A stretch of 64,000 bases of DNA from a virus, in IMG/VR virus record IMGVR_UViG_3300045451_000008, positions 32,001 through 96,000 of that record; one strand, 5' to 3'. Below are positions 21,318 through 31,339 of this stretch, one piece after another (the first letter of the stretch is position 1; every line of letters starts with the position of its first letter). The notes beneath the pieces are model-generated. The model was not told the origin of the DNA. It was given only the letters and a program-made list of their open reading frames with translations, and ran no database searches. A program made the position numbers and the translations under genes.

Positions 21318-21701
21318 CTAGAAGCCGTTGAGTGCTTCTTCCAGGGCTTCGTCCATCTCGCTGGGACGAGCCTGCTCCGCCTCGTAGTTGAGGCGCTCCT
21401 GCTCGTAGTCGCGCTCAGGCGTCACCTCCTGGTCCTCGACAGCCACCTCGGTGACCTCGACGGGGATGCTGTGAGTCTCGACCGGCGCCGACTCGGTGTA
21501 CGGCGTCATCGCGACCTGAGCGGCCACCTTGCGGAAGGTGACCATGTGGTCGATGAGCTGGATGAGCGCGCCCTGGTCCACCGTGAGGATGGGCTGGTTG
21601 TCGCGGTAGAGCGAGATGCGGCGCTCGCCCTTGATGTCGATGATGGCCAGGGCGTGGTCGGGCAGGACCTCGTCCTGGAAGACGATGGTGGGCTCAGACA
21701 T
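21318..21701 (-). CDS. Acidic hypothetical protein
   Basis: ORF with RBS-like GAAAGAAG. Confidence 0.7.
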   Translation of the reverse strand: MSEPTIVFQDEVLPDHALAIIDIKGERRISLYRDNQPILTVDQGALIQLIDHMVTFRKVAAQVAMTPYTESAPVETHSIPVEVTEVAVEDQEVTPERDYEQERLNYEAEQARPSEMDEALEEALNGF

Positions 21702-21714
21702 GATTCTTCTTTCT

Positions 21715-22950
21715 CTAGCTTCGGAAGGGGTTGTCGGGACTCATCTGCTGGCAGATGCCGATGAAGACGTCGCTGTGCACGAGCACGGACATCCTCTTGG
21801 TCTTGGTGTCGGTGCCCAGGCGGAAGACGACCTCCTCGCCCTGTACGGCCACCAGAAGCTCCAGGAGGTGCCGGTGATTCAGACACACGTTCTTGGAGCC
21901 TGAGCCGCTGTACTGGACGTCCAGGGTCTCGTAGGCACTGTTGCCGACTGCACGGTCACTAGCGCTTGTCGCCAGCGACCACTCTCCCTCTGCGTCCTTG
22001 GTGACGTCGAGGAAGAAGCTGGCGTAGTCGGGATCGGCGTTGACCCTGATGCGCTTGATGGCCTGGATGAGTTCGAGGCGGTTCACCAGGAGCTGGTCCT
22101 TGTTCTGGAAGGCAGGTCCCAGAAGGATCGCCTCCAGGTCCGGGAAGCCGACCATGAGCCGCTGAGCGATGATGCGGTCCTCCCCGATCTCGAAGAGGAG
22201 GTGCATGTCGTTGGAGCCGAGCTGGAAAAACTCGGCGTCCGCGGCCTCCAGCCCTCGGATCAGCTCGTCCACCACCTTGATGGGGATCTCCACGTCGAGA
22301 GCCTCGTCCAGCTCCTCCACGCGGACCTGATGCACGCGCGAGCCATCGCAGCCGGTGACCTTCTGGTTGCGCACCTGAATCTGCATCAGGGAGAACCGAG
22401 ACGAGTTCGTAGCCGCAGCGAGCTTGGCCACCTTCAGGGCACGCAGGAAGGGCTTCAGAGGCACTCCGGAGGTCTTGATGTCCGAGACGTCGGGGAAGGG
22501 CGGGAGATCGACTCCTGCGGGCGCCTGGACGGTCCAGACCGCTCTGCCCGAGCGGATGGTGACGGTGTGGCCGATGACGTCCAGCCGGAGCGTCTTCTCC
22601 TTGGTCAGGATGAGCTTGAGGATGTCGAGGATCTTCCGACCGGGCAGGAGCACCTCGCCGGGCTTGGTGATCTTGAAGCCAGCGACGACGGCAGAGAGGG
22701 CCTTCTCCGAGTCCAGCGCTGTGACCTCGACGTACGAGGAGGTCGTCGCCGTGCTCGCCACCGCGGACAGCTTGGTGTAGATGGTGCCCGGGATGACCTC
22801 CTTCTGAGGAGCGATGGCCACCGCGCGCTCGAAGGCCTGCGCGAGAGTCTCAGCCGAACCCGAGATGGACAGCCGGGAGTCAATGGGGACGATCTCCGGG
22901 ATGAGTTCCGGGTCGCCCTCCTCCACCAGGAGGTCGGAGTAGTCGTTCAA
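21715..22950 (-). CDS. dnaN: DNA polymerase III beta sliding clamp-like protein
   Basis: Size and clamp motifs (GEVLLPGRKILDILK, VTGCDGSRV, QRLMVGFPD, LNHRHLLELL, QMSP). Confidence 0.85.
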   Translation of the reverse strand: MNDYSDLLVEEGDPELIPEIVPIDSRLSISGSAETLAQAFERAVAIAPQKEVIPGTIYTKLSAVASTATTSSYVEVTALDSEKALSAVVAGFKITKPGEVLLPGRKILDILKLILTKEKTLRLDVIGHTVTIRSGRAVWTVQAPAGVDLPPFPDVSDIKTSGVPLKPFLRALKVAKLAAATNSSRFSLMQIQVRNQKVTGCDGSRVHQVRVEELDEALDVEIPIKVVDELIRGLEAADAEFFQLGSNDMHLLFEIGEDRIIAQRLMVGFPDLEAILLGPAFQNKDQLLVNRLELIQAIKRIRVNADPDYASFFLDVTKDAEGEWSLATSASDRAVGNSAYETLDVQYSGSGSKNVCLNHRHLLELLVAVQGEEVVFRLGTDTKTKRMSVLVHSDVFIGICQQMSPDNPFRS

Positions 22951-23189
22951 GAGGCGTCCTCCAGGTAGCGCTCGGCGTCGGCCAGCGCTCCTTCCAGAGC
23001 CTTCTCCAGCTCTGCGCGCTTGGCCCGGATCTCGTCCGCCGTGGTGACGCCGAACTGGTCGAGAAGCTCAGCCCGAGCCTTCTCCAGACTCTCGCTGGCG
23101 TTCTCCTTGCGGAGCTGTGCCCGACCCTGGAGGGTGTTCTGCTGGCTGATGCGCGACTTGATGTCGGCCAGTTGCTCTTGGATGCCCAT
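22947..23189 (-). CDS. Small coiled-coil protein
   Basis: Heptad pattern; preceded by the CGTAGAACAGCC motif. Confidence 0.75.
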   Translation of the reverse strand: MGIQEQLADIKSRISQQNTLQGRAQLRKENASESLEKARAELLDQFGVTTADEIRAKRAELEKALEGALADAERYLEDAS

Positions 23190-23213
23190 GGCTGTTCTAC
23201 GCACGAGGCCTGG

Positions 23214-24038
23214 TCAGAGCAAGGAGACTCGACCCCGACCGATGGAGCCCTGAGGGGAAAACTTCGAGCACGCGTGCTTGACGTTGCAGAAGCCGCACTC
23301 AGCGTTGTCCGAGCGCGGGGCGTTGTCGCCACTCCAGATCCCGTTGGCCATCCGGACGATGCGCTGGAGCATGCCGGAGCGCTCCTCGTCCGTGACCTCG
23401 TGCGGGAAGAATTCTTGTTTGACGAGGGGCTGCATCAGACCGGTCAGCGTGGTCTTCTTCTGGTTCATCGAGAGGTTGACGAGGTCGTAGAAGATGAGCT
23501 GGCCGAGCGTCTTGCGCCAGTAGTTCGCGTCCCGGGTCACCTTCAGGTCGTAGATCTGCCAGGTGTCGTCCTCGGGCCGGTGCACGATGAAGTCCATGGC
23601 GCCGTTGAGGATGATGGTGCCGAAGCCACCCCTGCCGTCCGGGATGGACAGCGGCACGCGGAAGCGCATGTCGGCCTGGTACTCGTACGGGAGGAGCTTG
23701 TGCACCAGCTCGCCTTCGAGCTTGGTGGCTGCCTCGATGCACGTGGCCGTGACGGTCGCCTTGTCGGCCTTGTCTCGCCAGCGGAGGAGCCCGCCGCTCT
23801 CGATGATCTTCTTCTCTTCGCGGTCGATGTACTCGCGGACCATGTCCGGCATCCGACCGAGATTCTTCTCCGGCTCGTTCTGGAGCCAGTCCCGGGAGAT
23901 GCGGTCAACGACCGTGCCGGGGAAGTAGTTGCGCTGGTCTTCGAGCGAGGCTCGCTTGCCGGAGCGCTGGAGGAAAGCCTTCTGATGGCACGTCTCCCAG
24001 GTCTTCAGAGAGGACCACGAGATCCGTAGGGGCTCCAA
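23214..24038 (-). CDS. PD-(D/E)xK RecB/Cas4-like exonuclease
   Basis: ISWSSLKTWETC, GAMDFI, IYDLK, QLIFY, C-terminal CGFCNVKHAC; TTG start after AAGGAG. Confidence 0.88.
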   Translation of the reverse strand: MEPLRISWSSLKTWETCHQKAFLQRSGKRASLEDQRNYFPGTVVDRISRDWLQNEPEKNLGRMPDMVREYIDREEKKIIESGGLLRWRDKADKATVTATCIEAATKLEGELVHKLLPYEYQADMRFRVPLSIPDGRGGFGTIILNGAMDFIVHRPEDDTWQIYDLKVTRDANYWRKTLGQLIFYDLVNLSMNQKKTTLTGLMQPLVKQEFFPHEVTDEERSGMLQRIVRMANGIWSGDNAPRSDNAECGFCNVKHACSKFSPQGSIGRGRVSLL

Positions 24039-24360
24039 GCGACCGCACTCCTTGCATAGTGCCCGTGCTGCCATGCGCACGAGTCTATGTGTTCTACGCC
24101 GCTGAACGGCGGGAGGCAACCTGGCCGGTGAGACGGTCCAGTTCACGCTGGGAGCAGACCTGATTCTGCTCCTGAGCGGCGACGTACTCGAAGAGGGACT
24201 GGACGAGCAACTCGACGTCCTCGCGCTTCTTCGGAATCTTGGGCACCGGGATGGTGCCGGTATCTGCCCGGTGCTTGCCAAGTCCCATGCGGTCCTCCAG
24301 AGTTCAGGACCCGGTCTATCGGGTTTGCTCGGCAAGCACCAGGGCAGATGCCTAGAACTT

Positions 24361-25029
24361 CTAGCGGAACATCTTCTTGATGCGGTCCGCGTGCTCCTTG
24401 ATGTAGTCCAGAGACACCGTGGCTCGCTCGCGCCCATTCCAGCCGTACTCGGACTTGATGGAGTCGATGAAGCCGGACAGGTCGCCCTCGGTGGGCTGAA
24501 GGTCCAGCGTCGGCTTCTGGTGGGCGACCTTGCCGTCCTTGACGATGAACTCGACGGCGGCAGGAGCGGCCCCCTCCTCCGGGAAGAGCTGAGCCTGGAG
24601 GTTCAGGTACGGGAAGGCATCAGCGATGACCTCCCAGTCCGACAGGACCTCGGTGACACTCGGCCACTTGCCGATGTTGTCCCTGGAGCTGCCGACCGTG
24701 CCGTCCCAGTTGATCCAGCCAGCCGGGCCGTAGATGTAGGCGGAACCGAGCCGGGAATTGCTGAGGTACGAAAGGCCGATTCGACCCAGGGAGTCCCAGA
24801 CCGCCAGCTCTGCGTGGTACGAGTCCAGTCCGTGGGAGTCGTCGGGCAGACCCAGGACCACGCGAAGCGCGGCGTCCCACTCCCGGTCGTTGGTGCCGTA
24901 GTAGAAGCCGTTCGTGCGGATGATGATCTCCGCGGCCTGGTCAGGAGTCACGGACTCCCCGGCCACGACGAGGCGGGGCCACTTCCCCAGGTCGGGGTAG
25001 GGGTACAGCTCTTCGATGTCTTCGGTCAT
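24361..25029 (-). CDS. Hypothetical protein in the NAD operon
   Basis: 222-aa ORF with good codon usage. Confidence 0.75.
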   Translation of the reverse strand: MTEDIEELYPYPDLGKWPRLVVAGESVTPDQAAEIIIRTNGFYYGTNDREWDAALRVVLGLPDDSHGLDSYHAELAVWDSLGRIGLSYLSNSRLGSAYIYGPAGWINWDGTVGSSRDNIGKWPSVTEVLSDWEVIADAFPYLNLQAQLFPEEGAAPAAVEFIVKDGKVAHQKPTLDLQPTEGDLSGFIDSIKSEYGWNGRERATVSLDYIKEHADRIKKMFR

Positions 25030-25098
25030 GATTCTTCTTTTCTGTTAGGGGCGGCTGACACCTGTCAAGATGCCAGCCGCCCAAGGGGGTGGAACTAC

Positions 25099-26655
25099 CT
25101 ACTTGACGAGGCCGACGTTCGCACGGATCTGGCGGAGGTTGAGGTGCTGGTCCTCCAGGTAGTACCCGTCCTCCCAGACCGTCCGCAGCTCGTTGCGGTC
25201 GGACAGCTCGTCCTCGGTCGCCCGGGTGAGGCCGTCCACCAGCTCGTACTCACCCTCGCTGTTGATGACGACGGCCACGCGCGAACGGGCGCTCCGCTTC
25301 AGACCGCTGTCCGTGATCGGGTCCTTGTAGATGGCCTGCTCGACACCGTTGATGTCCTGGGTCCACGTGCTCTTCATCGCGAAGCCGAACGTGTCCCGGG
25401 TGTTGTACTGGTAGGTGTAGCTGCCCACGCCCGCGACCCAGTTGATGCTGGCGAAGCCCTTGGCCTTCAGGCGGGCGTTGATCTGCTCGGCCCGCTCGTA
25501 GGTGATCGCGTCGCCGTAGATGGCACCGATGTGCTCGTCCAGGACCTTGTAGCCCTGCTCGGACTTGGTGCCTCCGAAGACCTCCCAGAGAAGCTCGATG
25601 ACACCCTTCTCCTCCGGCGTGCGGTAGTCCTCCACGACCTCGCCCGTGCGCAGGTCCGTCTTGTAGCCGAAGCCCGCGGTGAGCGTGCCGCAGAGGATGT
25701 CCACCGGGTCGCCCGAGTCCGGACGGATGACCAGCTTGCCCTCACGGGCCAGGATCTTCTCCTTCAGGTTCGGGAGGATGACCGTGAGCACGTTCCAGAG
25801 GTCCCAGGTGTCCGAGACAGCCGAGAAGATGCCCGTGGGGTACAGCTCCAGGAGGCGCTCGAAGGTGGCCTGCTCGTCGCCCTCGTCGTTGCCACCGGCG
25901 CACATGACACTGTGCTCGGTCGCCGGGACCGAACCGCCGATCATGTAGTCGTCGCCCTCCGGACCCCAGACCGTGTAGTACTGGTCCAGCCAGTCGATGC
26001 TGGGCATGGAGTCCGTGCCGAGGAACGACAGGAGGTGCCCGGCGCCGACGCGCTCAGCGGCCTCGATTCCCGCGTCACCACGGAACGAGAAGTCGTGGCC
26101 CTGGAAGTCCACGGTCGCCGTCTGGCCGGTCGTCTCCAGCGCGTCCCGGTCCAGGAGCTTGCGGAAGCGGCGCGCGAGGGTGGCAGCGGTCATGCCCTGC
26201 CAGATCTCCGACGACATCGGGGTCTCGATGTAGTTCACGAGCCAGTAGAACTCGGCCACCGTGTTCTCGACGGTGAACATCGGCACCCGCAGCGGGACCT
26301 CCTTGCCCTCCGGCAGGGCGTTGAAGCGCAGCGGGAGGTAGCCCAGCTCCCAGAGGGCGGCGATGTGATCCACACCGATGCTGTTGGGTCCCACGTAGGC
26401 GTCGATGAACTCCTGGTAGCGCTTGGTCACGACCTCCTTGGGGGAGCGGAAGAACACGTCCCACTGCTCGGTGAGGTAGTTCTGGAGGAAGGCCTGGAGC
26501 CCGAAGAAGGTCACGTGCGTGACGTCGTCCAGGCGGCTGCCGCGGGGCGTCCAGTTCGCCTGGATGAAGGCGGTGCCCTCGGGGTACTGGCGGCGGTGAT
26601 CGAGCTTGTAGCCGTCCGTGCGGATGAGGGGGCGGATGGGGGCGTAGCGGTTCAT
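25099..26655 (-). CDS. Nicotinamide phosphoribosyltransferase-like protein (Namat-type)
   Basis: TDGYKLDH, HDFSFRG, SVPATEHSVMC, SAVSDTWD, LVIRPDSGDP, IYGDAIT, RDTFGFAMK. Confidence 0.95.
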   Translation of the reverse strand: MNRYAPIRPLIRTDGYKLDHRRQYPEGTAFIQANWTPRGSRLDDVTHVTFFGLQAFLQNYLTEQWDVFFRSPKEVVTKRYQEFIDAYVGPNSIGVDHIAALWELGYLPLRFNALPEGKEVPLRVPMFTVENTVAEFYWLVNYIETPMSSEIWQGMTAATLARRFRKLLDRDALETTGQTATVDFQGHDFSFRGDAGIEAAERVGAGHLLSFLGTDSMPSIDWLDQYYTVWGPEGDDYMIGGSVPATEHSVMCAGGNDEGDEQATFERLLELYPTGIFSAVSDTWDLWNVLTVILPNLKEKILAREGKLVIRPDSGDPVDILCGTLTAGFGYKTDLRTGEVVEDYRTPEEKGVIELLWEVFGGTKSEQGYKVLDEHIGAIYGDAITYERAEQINARLKAKGFASINWVAGVGSYTYQYNTRDTFGFAMKSTWTQDINGVEQAIYKDPITDSGLKRSARSRVAVVINSEGEYELVDGLTRATEDELSDRNELRTVWEDGYYLEDQHLNLRQIRANVGLVK

Positions 26656-27533
26656 TAGTTGTGTCCTTCGTTCATGAGGTACTGGTTGAAGATGGGGAGG
26701 GTCTCGCGCACGATGACGTCGTGCGGGTTGGGGAGGTACCAGCTCTTGTCCACTCCGGGGTGGCTGTCGGTCGTGTAGATCGTGCCGAAGCTGTTCCTGA
26801 GGTCGTCGTAGCCCCTGGAGAAGATTCCGTGGGTCACCCAGAGATCGAGACGCTCAGGAGCGAGACGCAGCACGGAGGCCAGGCCGATGAAGGTCCCCCC
26901 GCCGTCGCAGATGTCGTCCACGATGAGAAAGCGACCGTCACCCTCACGCAGTGCGTTCCAGCCCTCAGGAGCCTCGAAGCCGGAGAGCTTGCCGGTGGCG
27001 AAGTCACGGGACTTGCCCGCGTAGAACACCTCCAGCTCCAGCTCAGCGCCAGCGGCCTCAGCACGTGCGTGCGAGCCCTTGTCCGGGGCGATGATGCCGC
27101 GGTAGGGGAGGACACCGTCCTGGTGCGGGAGGAGCTTCCGCATGTACTTCTGGATGGGCAGGACCTTCAGGTTGTAGAGGTGGCTCGGCATCCGCTCGGA
27201 GTGCGGATCCAGCGTCACGATCTCGTCCAGGTCCATCTCGTTGAAGAGCTTGGCGTAGACCCAGGCACCCTCGGGGCGTCCTCGGTCAGAACGGGCTCCG
27301 GGGAGGTAGGGCAGAAGAAGAATCTTCTGGAACCCGCCGTCGAAGTAGTTGTCCCAGACAGCGAGGTCGATGATGTCCTGCGGGTCGGCACCTCGGAGAA
27401 GAGCGACCTGAGGGCCGCCCACCTCGATGCCGTTCGTCGCCACCATGTAGCGCTCGCCGCCCGGGTAGGACTTGGACTCGACGTTCTGCGGGACCAGGCC
27501 CGCTTCGGTCAGTGCGAAGTAGTTGATCGTCAT
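26655..27533 (-). CDS. Ribose-phosphate pyrophosphokinase-like protein (Adps-type)
   Basis: PYLPGARSDR, TLDPHS, IIAPDKGS, LIVDDICDGGGTF, VTHGIFS; TAATG-coupled to the NAMPT-like gene. Confidence 0.93.
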   Translation of the reverse strand: MTINYFALTEAGLVPQNVESKSYPGGERYMVATNGIEVGGPQVALLRGADPQDIIDLAVWDNYFDGGFQKILLLPYLPGARSDRGRPEGAWVYAKLFNEMDLDEIVTLDPHSERMPSHLYNLKVLPIQKYMRKLLPHQDGVLPYRGIIAPDKGSHARAEAAGAELELEVFYAGKSRDFATGKLSGFEAPEGWNALREGDGRFLIVDDICDGGGTFIGLASVLRLAPERLDLWVTHGIFSRGYDDLRNSFGTIYTTDSHPGVDKSWYLPNPHDVIVRETLPIFNQYLMNEGHN

Positions 27534-27539
27534 GTGCCG

Positions 27540-27571
27540 AGCTTGGCATGGGAGTTGTCATATGTCAACTA
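27540..27571 (-). promoter_or_regulatory. Palindromic box/promoter copy 10 (upstream of the NAD operon)
   Basis: Minus strand TAGTTGACATATGACAACTC, 17 nt, CAAGCT, ATG 6 nt downstream. Confidence 0.85.
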
Positions 27572-27583
27572 CATCCAGGCACA

Positions 27584-27605
27584 GAAAAAGCCCCCGTAGG
27601 GGCTA
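27584..27605 (-). terminator. Terminator hairpin
   Basis: Minus strand AGCCCC-TACG-GGGGCT followed by TTTTCT. Confidence 0.75.
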
Positions 27606-27611
27606 GTTCTG

Positions 27612-28427
27612 TCAGGCGAAGGAGATCGAGAGGCCATAGTCCTTCCGGTTGACCACGTACCTCCCACTGTTCTCCAGGAGGTCCTTCGTCTTCTGAGGCA
27701 GGTCGTCGTAGTACTTGGAGGGGAAGTAGATGGACCCGTGAGCGGTCAGAAGCCGGTCGAGGCTGTACTGCTGAGGGTCCGGCTTGTCACTGTCCATGCG
27801 AGGTACTCCAGAGATTGATGCAAGCGCATCGTAACCCGATTGGGGGTCACTATGTAGCGGGTTGTGCGACAAGCGTCGGATTGTCCCGCTTCCACTTGTC
27901 GTACTCGCAGTCGAGATCCAGAGCGAGCTGGGTCTTGCCCTCCTTCTGGGCACGGCGGATGAGGAACTGGTACTCGTTCTCGATGGCGGTCATGCTCACG
28001 CCGCCGCCTCGCAGTGGTCCGTGCCCGGAACCAGGGGACTGCGGTCGTGGGTCAGGCACCCGGCGAAGTAGCCCGGGTGGTCGGACTGAGCGAGAGTGAC
28101 GATGTTGCATTCGGACACAGAGGTCTCCTAGTTCGGTGCGGAGGGGTGAAGAAGAATCTACTCCACCGGCCAGAACTCACCCCGGTCGATGTCGAAGTCC
28201 TGGTGCCAGCTCTTGACGTCGTCCAGGGTGTTGCTGAGGTCCACCGCCATCGCTGCCTGCTCGATGAAGCTCTTGGCTTCGAGGAGCCCATCGGTCTCGG
28301 AGACGAGCTGCTCGAAGAGGTCCTGCGGGATGGCGATGTAACGCCCCGGAGCCGTGCCGAACTTGCTCGCGTTGACGATGGTGGCATGAAAGGAGATCGG
28401 GACAGGGTTGATCGGTGCCAGGGTCAT
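27612..28427 (-). other. Four small hypothetical genes (28158-28427, 27996-28118, 27850-27993, 27612-27797)
   Basis: Short, closely spaced ORFs. Confidence 0.6.
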
Positions 28428-29437
28428 GAGACGTCCTCCAGGACCTCGATGGCTCGCTCGCGGACGGGCTTGTCCACGTGTTCGAGCTTCTTGATGTGGT
28501 TCACAACAGACTCGGTGCTGCTGATGGCCAGCGTGGTGCTGCCGACCTCCGAGAGGAACTGGTCCAGGCTGAGCTTCTCGTGCTTGGCCTCAGCGATCTC
28601 GGTCTTCTTGAAGACCTCCGAGCCCGGGCGGTGTGGCACCGGCAGGGACTTGAAGCCCTTGCCCTCGGTCCAGAGGGTGACCTGGATCTTGCGCTCGAAG
28701 TTGTACTCGTGCGCGGACCCGCGGCTGAGCGCTCCGACGTTGGCGTACTGCACTCCGTCCGAGAAGAAGAATCCGTGGTCCTCGTGGATGTGGCCGTACG
28801 CGAGCGAGCCCGTGTTGCCCATGGCGGCGGAGATGCCGTCCTCACCCTTGGTCGGGATGTGGTCGAACTCGTTCTCCTGCCCCGGAGGGTAGAGCGGCGC
28901 GTGCGTGATCGCCAGGCTGTCGGTGAGGTTGCGCTCCGCGTCCACCCAGTCCTCCTCACCGATGGTGGGGTTGCCGAGCGTGGTACCGCCCTCGCGCCAG
29001 CCCTTGAAGGCGTCCATGCGCACGTCGGGGTGGTGCCAGCGCTGCTGCCAGGAGACACCGAAGATGGGCAGGGTCTCGTGCCAGCCGTCGAGGAAGGTCG
29101 CGGCGCCGGACGCCAGGAGCACACCGAGCGGCTGCTGGTCGAACAGGGTGTCCATCCGGTCCTGCGTGAGGTCGTGGTTGCCCGCGATCACAAGAAGATT
29201 CTTGTAGAGCTTGGCCACCTCGATGGTGCGCAGCACGAGCTTGTGCGACGAGCGCAGGGGCTGCTTGTGGTGGAACACGTCACCCGCCCACACCACGGCG
29301 TCCGCACTGAGGTCCTTCTCCAGCTTGGCGACGTACGCCAGCATCTCGAACAACTCCTCGACGTAGCCCTCGTGCACGCTCGACGGAGGACGGTCGGTGA
29401 GGTGGATGTCGTTGACGACGATGATCCTGGCGGTCAT
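28424..29437 (-). CDS. sbcD: SbcD/Mre11-like metallophosphoesterase nuclease
   Basis: NDIHL, AGDVFH, AGNHD, ITHA, YGHIH, NVGALSR. Confidence 0.9.
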   Translation of the reverse strand: MTARIIVVNDIHLTDRPPSSVHEGYVEELFEMLAYVAKLEKDLSADAVVWAGDVFHHKQPLRSSHKLVLRTIEVAKLYKNLLVIAGNHDLTQDRMDTLFDQQPLGVLLASGAATFLDGWHETLPIFGVSWQQRWHHPDVRMDAFKGWREGGTTLGNPTIGEEDWVDAERNLTDSLAITHAPLYPPGQENEFDHIPTKGEDGISAAMGNTGSLAYGHIHEDHGFFFSDGVQYANVGALSRGSAHEYNFERKIQVTLWTEGKGFKSLPVPHRPGSEVFKKTEIAEAKHEKLSLDQFLSEVGSTTLAISSTESVVNHIKKLEHVDKPVRERAIEVLEDVS

Positions 29438-29445
29438 GGCTGCTC

Positions 29446-29952
29446 TCAGTCGTAGTTCGGGAAGGACGGTGACCCGGGATGCGTCTCGGGCTCTTCCTCG
29501 GGAGGTGGAGGCTCGAACTTCAGAAGTGGGTTGGGGACGTACCTGGAGACGAACTCTTCCTTGACCGGAGGCGCCTTCGACGTGAAGTCCCACGGAGGGG
29601 CGTTCTTCGGCTCGGTCCTGGCCTTCGGTTTCTTGTTCCTCTTGGCGGGCTGCCCCAGCGACTTGAACTGAGGGTCAGCGTCCTTGGGCTTCACCCGGCT
29701 GAGGCCACCGATGCTCTCCCAGTAGTTGACCGCCGTCCGGCAGAAGGCGCACTGGCACGTCGGCATGTCGTCGCCCTTGGCCTGATTACAGAACGCACAG
29801 GACGTGATGAGGTTCAGCATGGAGTCCGTGCCACCGAGCGCCTTGGGGACGATGTGGTCCCAGGTGCGATTCTTGTCAGCGAAAACCGGGATGCCACAGT
29901 AGTGGCACGTGAAACCGTGGCGGGAGGGTGCCTTCGCCCTCTTGATGCTCAT
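29446..29952 (-). CDS. HNH endonuclease
   Basis: CHYCG...TWDHIVPKALGGTDSMLNLITSCAFCNQAKGD. Confidence 0.92.
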   Translation of the reverse strand: MSIKRAKAPSRHGFTCHYCGIPVFADKNRTWDHIVPKALGGTDSMLNLITSCAFCNQAKGDDMPTCQCAFCRTAVNYWESIGGLSRVKPKDADPQFKSLGQPAKRNKKPKARTEPKNAPPWDFTSKAPPVKEEFVSRYVPNPLLKFEPPPPEEEPETHPGSPSFPNYD

Positions 29953-29959
29953 GACTGTT

Positions 29960-30658
29960 CTACGAGGAAGAGTCCTGCTCACGCAGGATCGTTTCCGCGA
30001 TCTCCTGGCCATGGAACTTCTGCTCGTTGTTGACCACTTCCAGGAGCTTGTAGAGGAGCACCGCAGCGCCGTCGCTGTACAGGTGCTGCACCACGTGCAT
30101 CGTCACGTTGCCGGTATTGAAGTCCTGGTACGTGATCTTGTAGCGGTGCGTCTCCTCGTAGCCCTTCAGGCTCTCCAGCCTCCTGGCCACCCAGTGGGCG
30201 ATGACGTGGTCGTTGACCTTCAGGTCTCCGCTGAGCATGGTCGGTTCTCCTACCTGAGCCGGTTCAGCTCGGTCTCGATGAGGTCACGTTCTGCGTTGGA
30301 CAGCCCCGCGGCGATGGTCCGGATGGAGTCGAACACCTCCTGGGACCGAGCGAGCTGCTGCTTGTACGGCTTGGAGATGGTCTCGATGATGGTCGTCATG
30401 CGAGAGGCAACGGCCTCCGCGACGCCTTCGTCTACGAGGCGGTCGAATTCTTCTTGGGTCAGCTCCGTCATGCAGACGAACCTAACGGACGATCACCAAG
30501 GTGTGCTCGTCCTCGTACGAGTAGCTGTAGTCGTTCCAGGCCACGTATGCCGAGCCCTCCTTGTGACCGACGACGAGACCGTTGAGGCCTGCGCGATCAG
30601 CCCGGAGGCTGGTGACCTTGGCGTGGAGGGGGACGGGGAATGCGGTGAGAGTGCTCAT
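29960..30658 (-). other. Three small genes (29960-30238, 30250-30471, 30482-30658)
   Basis: ORFs; 30482-30658 (58 aa, absent from the ORF track) starts 6 nt after a -10 element. Confidence 0.7.
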
Positions 30659-30664
30659 GAATTG

Positions 30665-30696
30665 AGCTTCTCATGGGAGTTGTCAGATGTCAACTC
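30665..30696 (-). promoter_or_regulatory. Palindromic box/promoter copy 11
   Basis: Minus strand GAGTTGACATCTGACAACTC, 17 nt, GAAGCT, ATG at 30658. Confidence 0.85.
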
Positions 30697-30893
30697 CACG
30701 GGCCTCGCTGCACTGCGGGTCTTGGCGGCACTGCCTGAGAGGGCCTGACGCAGCGCGTAGTAGAACCTCACGAGGTCCCGAGTCTCGACGTTGAATTCAA
30801 ACGGCGAAGCGCCCTGAGACGTCATGGTGATCTTCCAACCGTGCCGGGTGACGGCCAGGGTCGGGATCCACGTCTCAGGGCGCTTCTGGGGGC

Positions 30894-31250
30894 TCACAGG
30901 CTACCGTTCTCGACCTTCTTCAGGGAGAGGGTCTTGCTCGTCTTGAAGAACTTCTCCGCCGTGGTGGCGCCGAGCTGCTTGCGGATGGCCGCGGCGTCCG
31001 GCGCCGACTTGTACAGCTCGGGGAAGTCCTCCACACCGTACGCCGCCTGGAACTCCTTCGCATCCAGACGCGAGGTGAGGCCGATGGTGACCGAGACCTC
31101 CTCGTAGACGTAGGTCTTCTTCTCCGCCTCGAAGGCCTCCTTGATGCGGTCGGTCAGCTCCTTGTGCTCGGCCTCCAGCTTGTCGAGGCCGACCTTCAGC
31201 TTCAGCGCTCGGTCGAGGTCCGCCTGGGTGATGCCCTGGGGAAGTGCCAT
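30894..31250 (-). CDS. Hypothetical protein (coiled-coil N-terminus, Gam/gp157-like architecture)
   Basis: AGGAG RBS; KLEAEHKELTDRIKEAF; the family assignment is weak. Confidence 0.6.
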   Translation of the reverse strand: MALPQGITQADLDRALKLKVGLDKLEAEHKELTDRIKEAFEAEKKTYVYEEVSVTIGLTSRLDAKEFQAAYGVEDFPELYKSAPDAAAIRKQLGATTAEKFFKTSKTLSLKKVENGSL

Positions 31251-31288
31251 GGTGTGCTCCTGTGTGCTCGTGGTGACTTGGTACCTCC

Positions 31289-31333
31289 AAGGTATCAGAA
31301 GAGTTGACAGATGACAACTCCATCGGTCATGGT
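31289..31333. promoter_or_regulatory. Divergent promoter pair sharing palindromic box copy 12
   Basis: GAGTTGACAGATGACAACTC 31301-31320; plus strand TTGACA-18-CATGGT-ATG 31340; minus strand TTGTCA-17-TACCTT. Confidence 0.8.
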
Positions 31334-31339
31334 GACGGC

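Noticed and set aside
23214-24038. Cas4 as part of a CRISPR system
   Set aside because: A stand-alone PD-(D/E)xK nuclease among replication genes, common in phages; no array or other cas genes
25050-25082. TGACACCTGTCAA as another copy of the palindromic box
   Set aside because: Arms are in the opposite arrangement, the GAGT/ACTC flanks are missing, and it lies in a hairpin; more likely a terminator or processing stem
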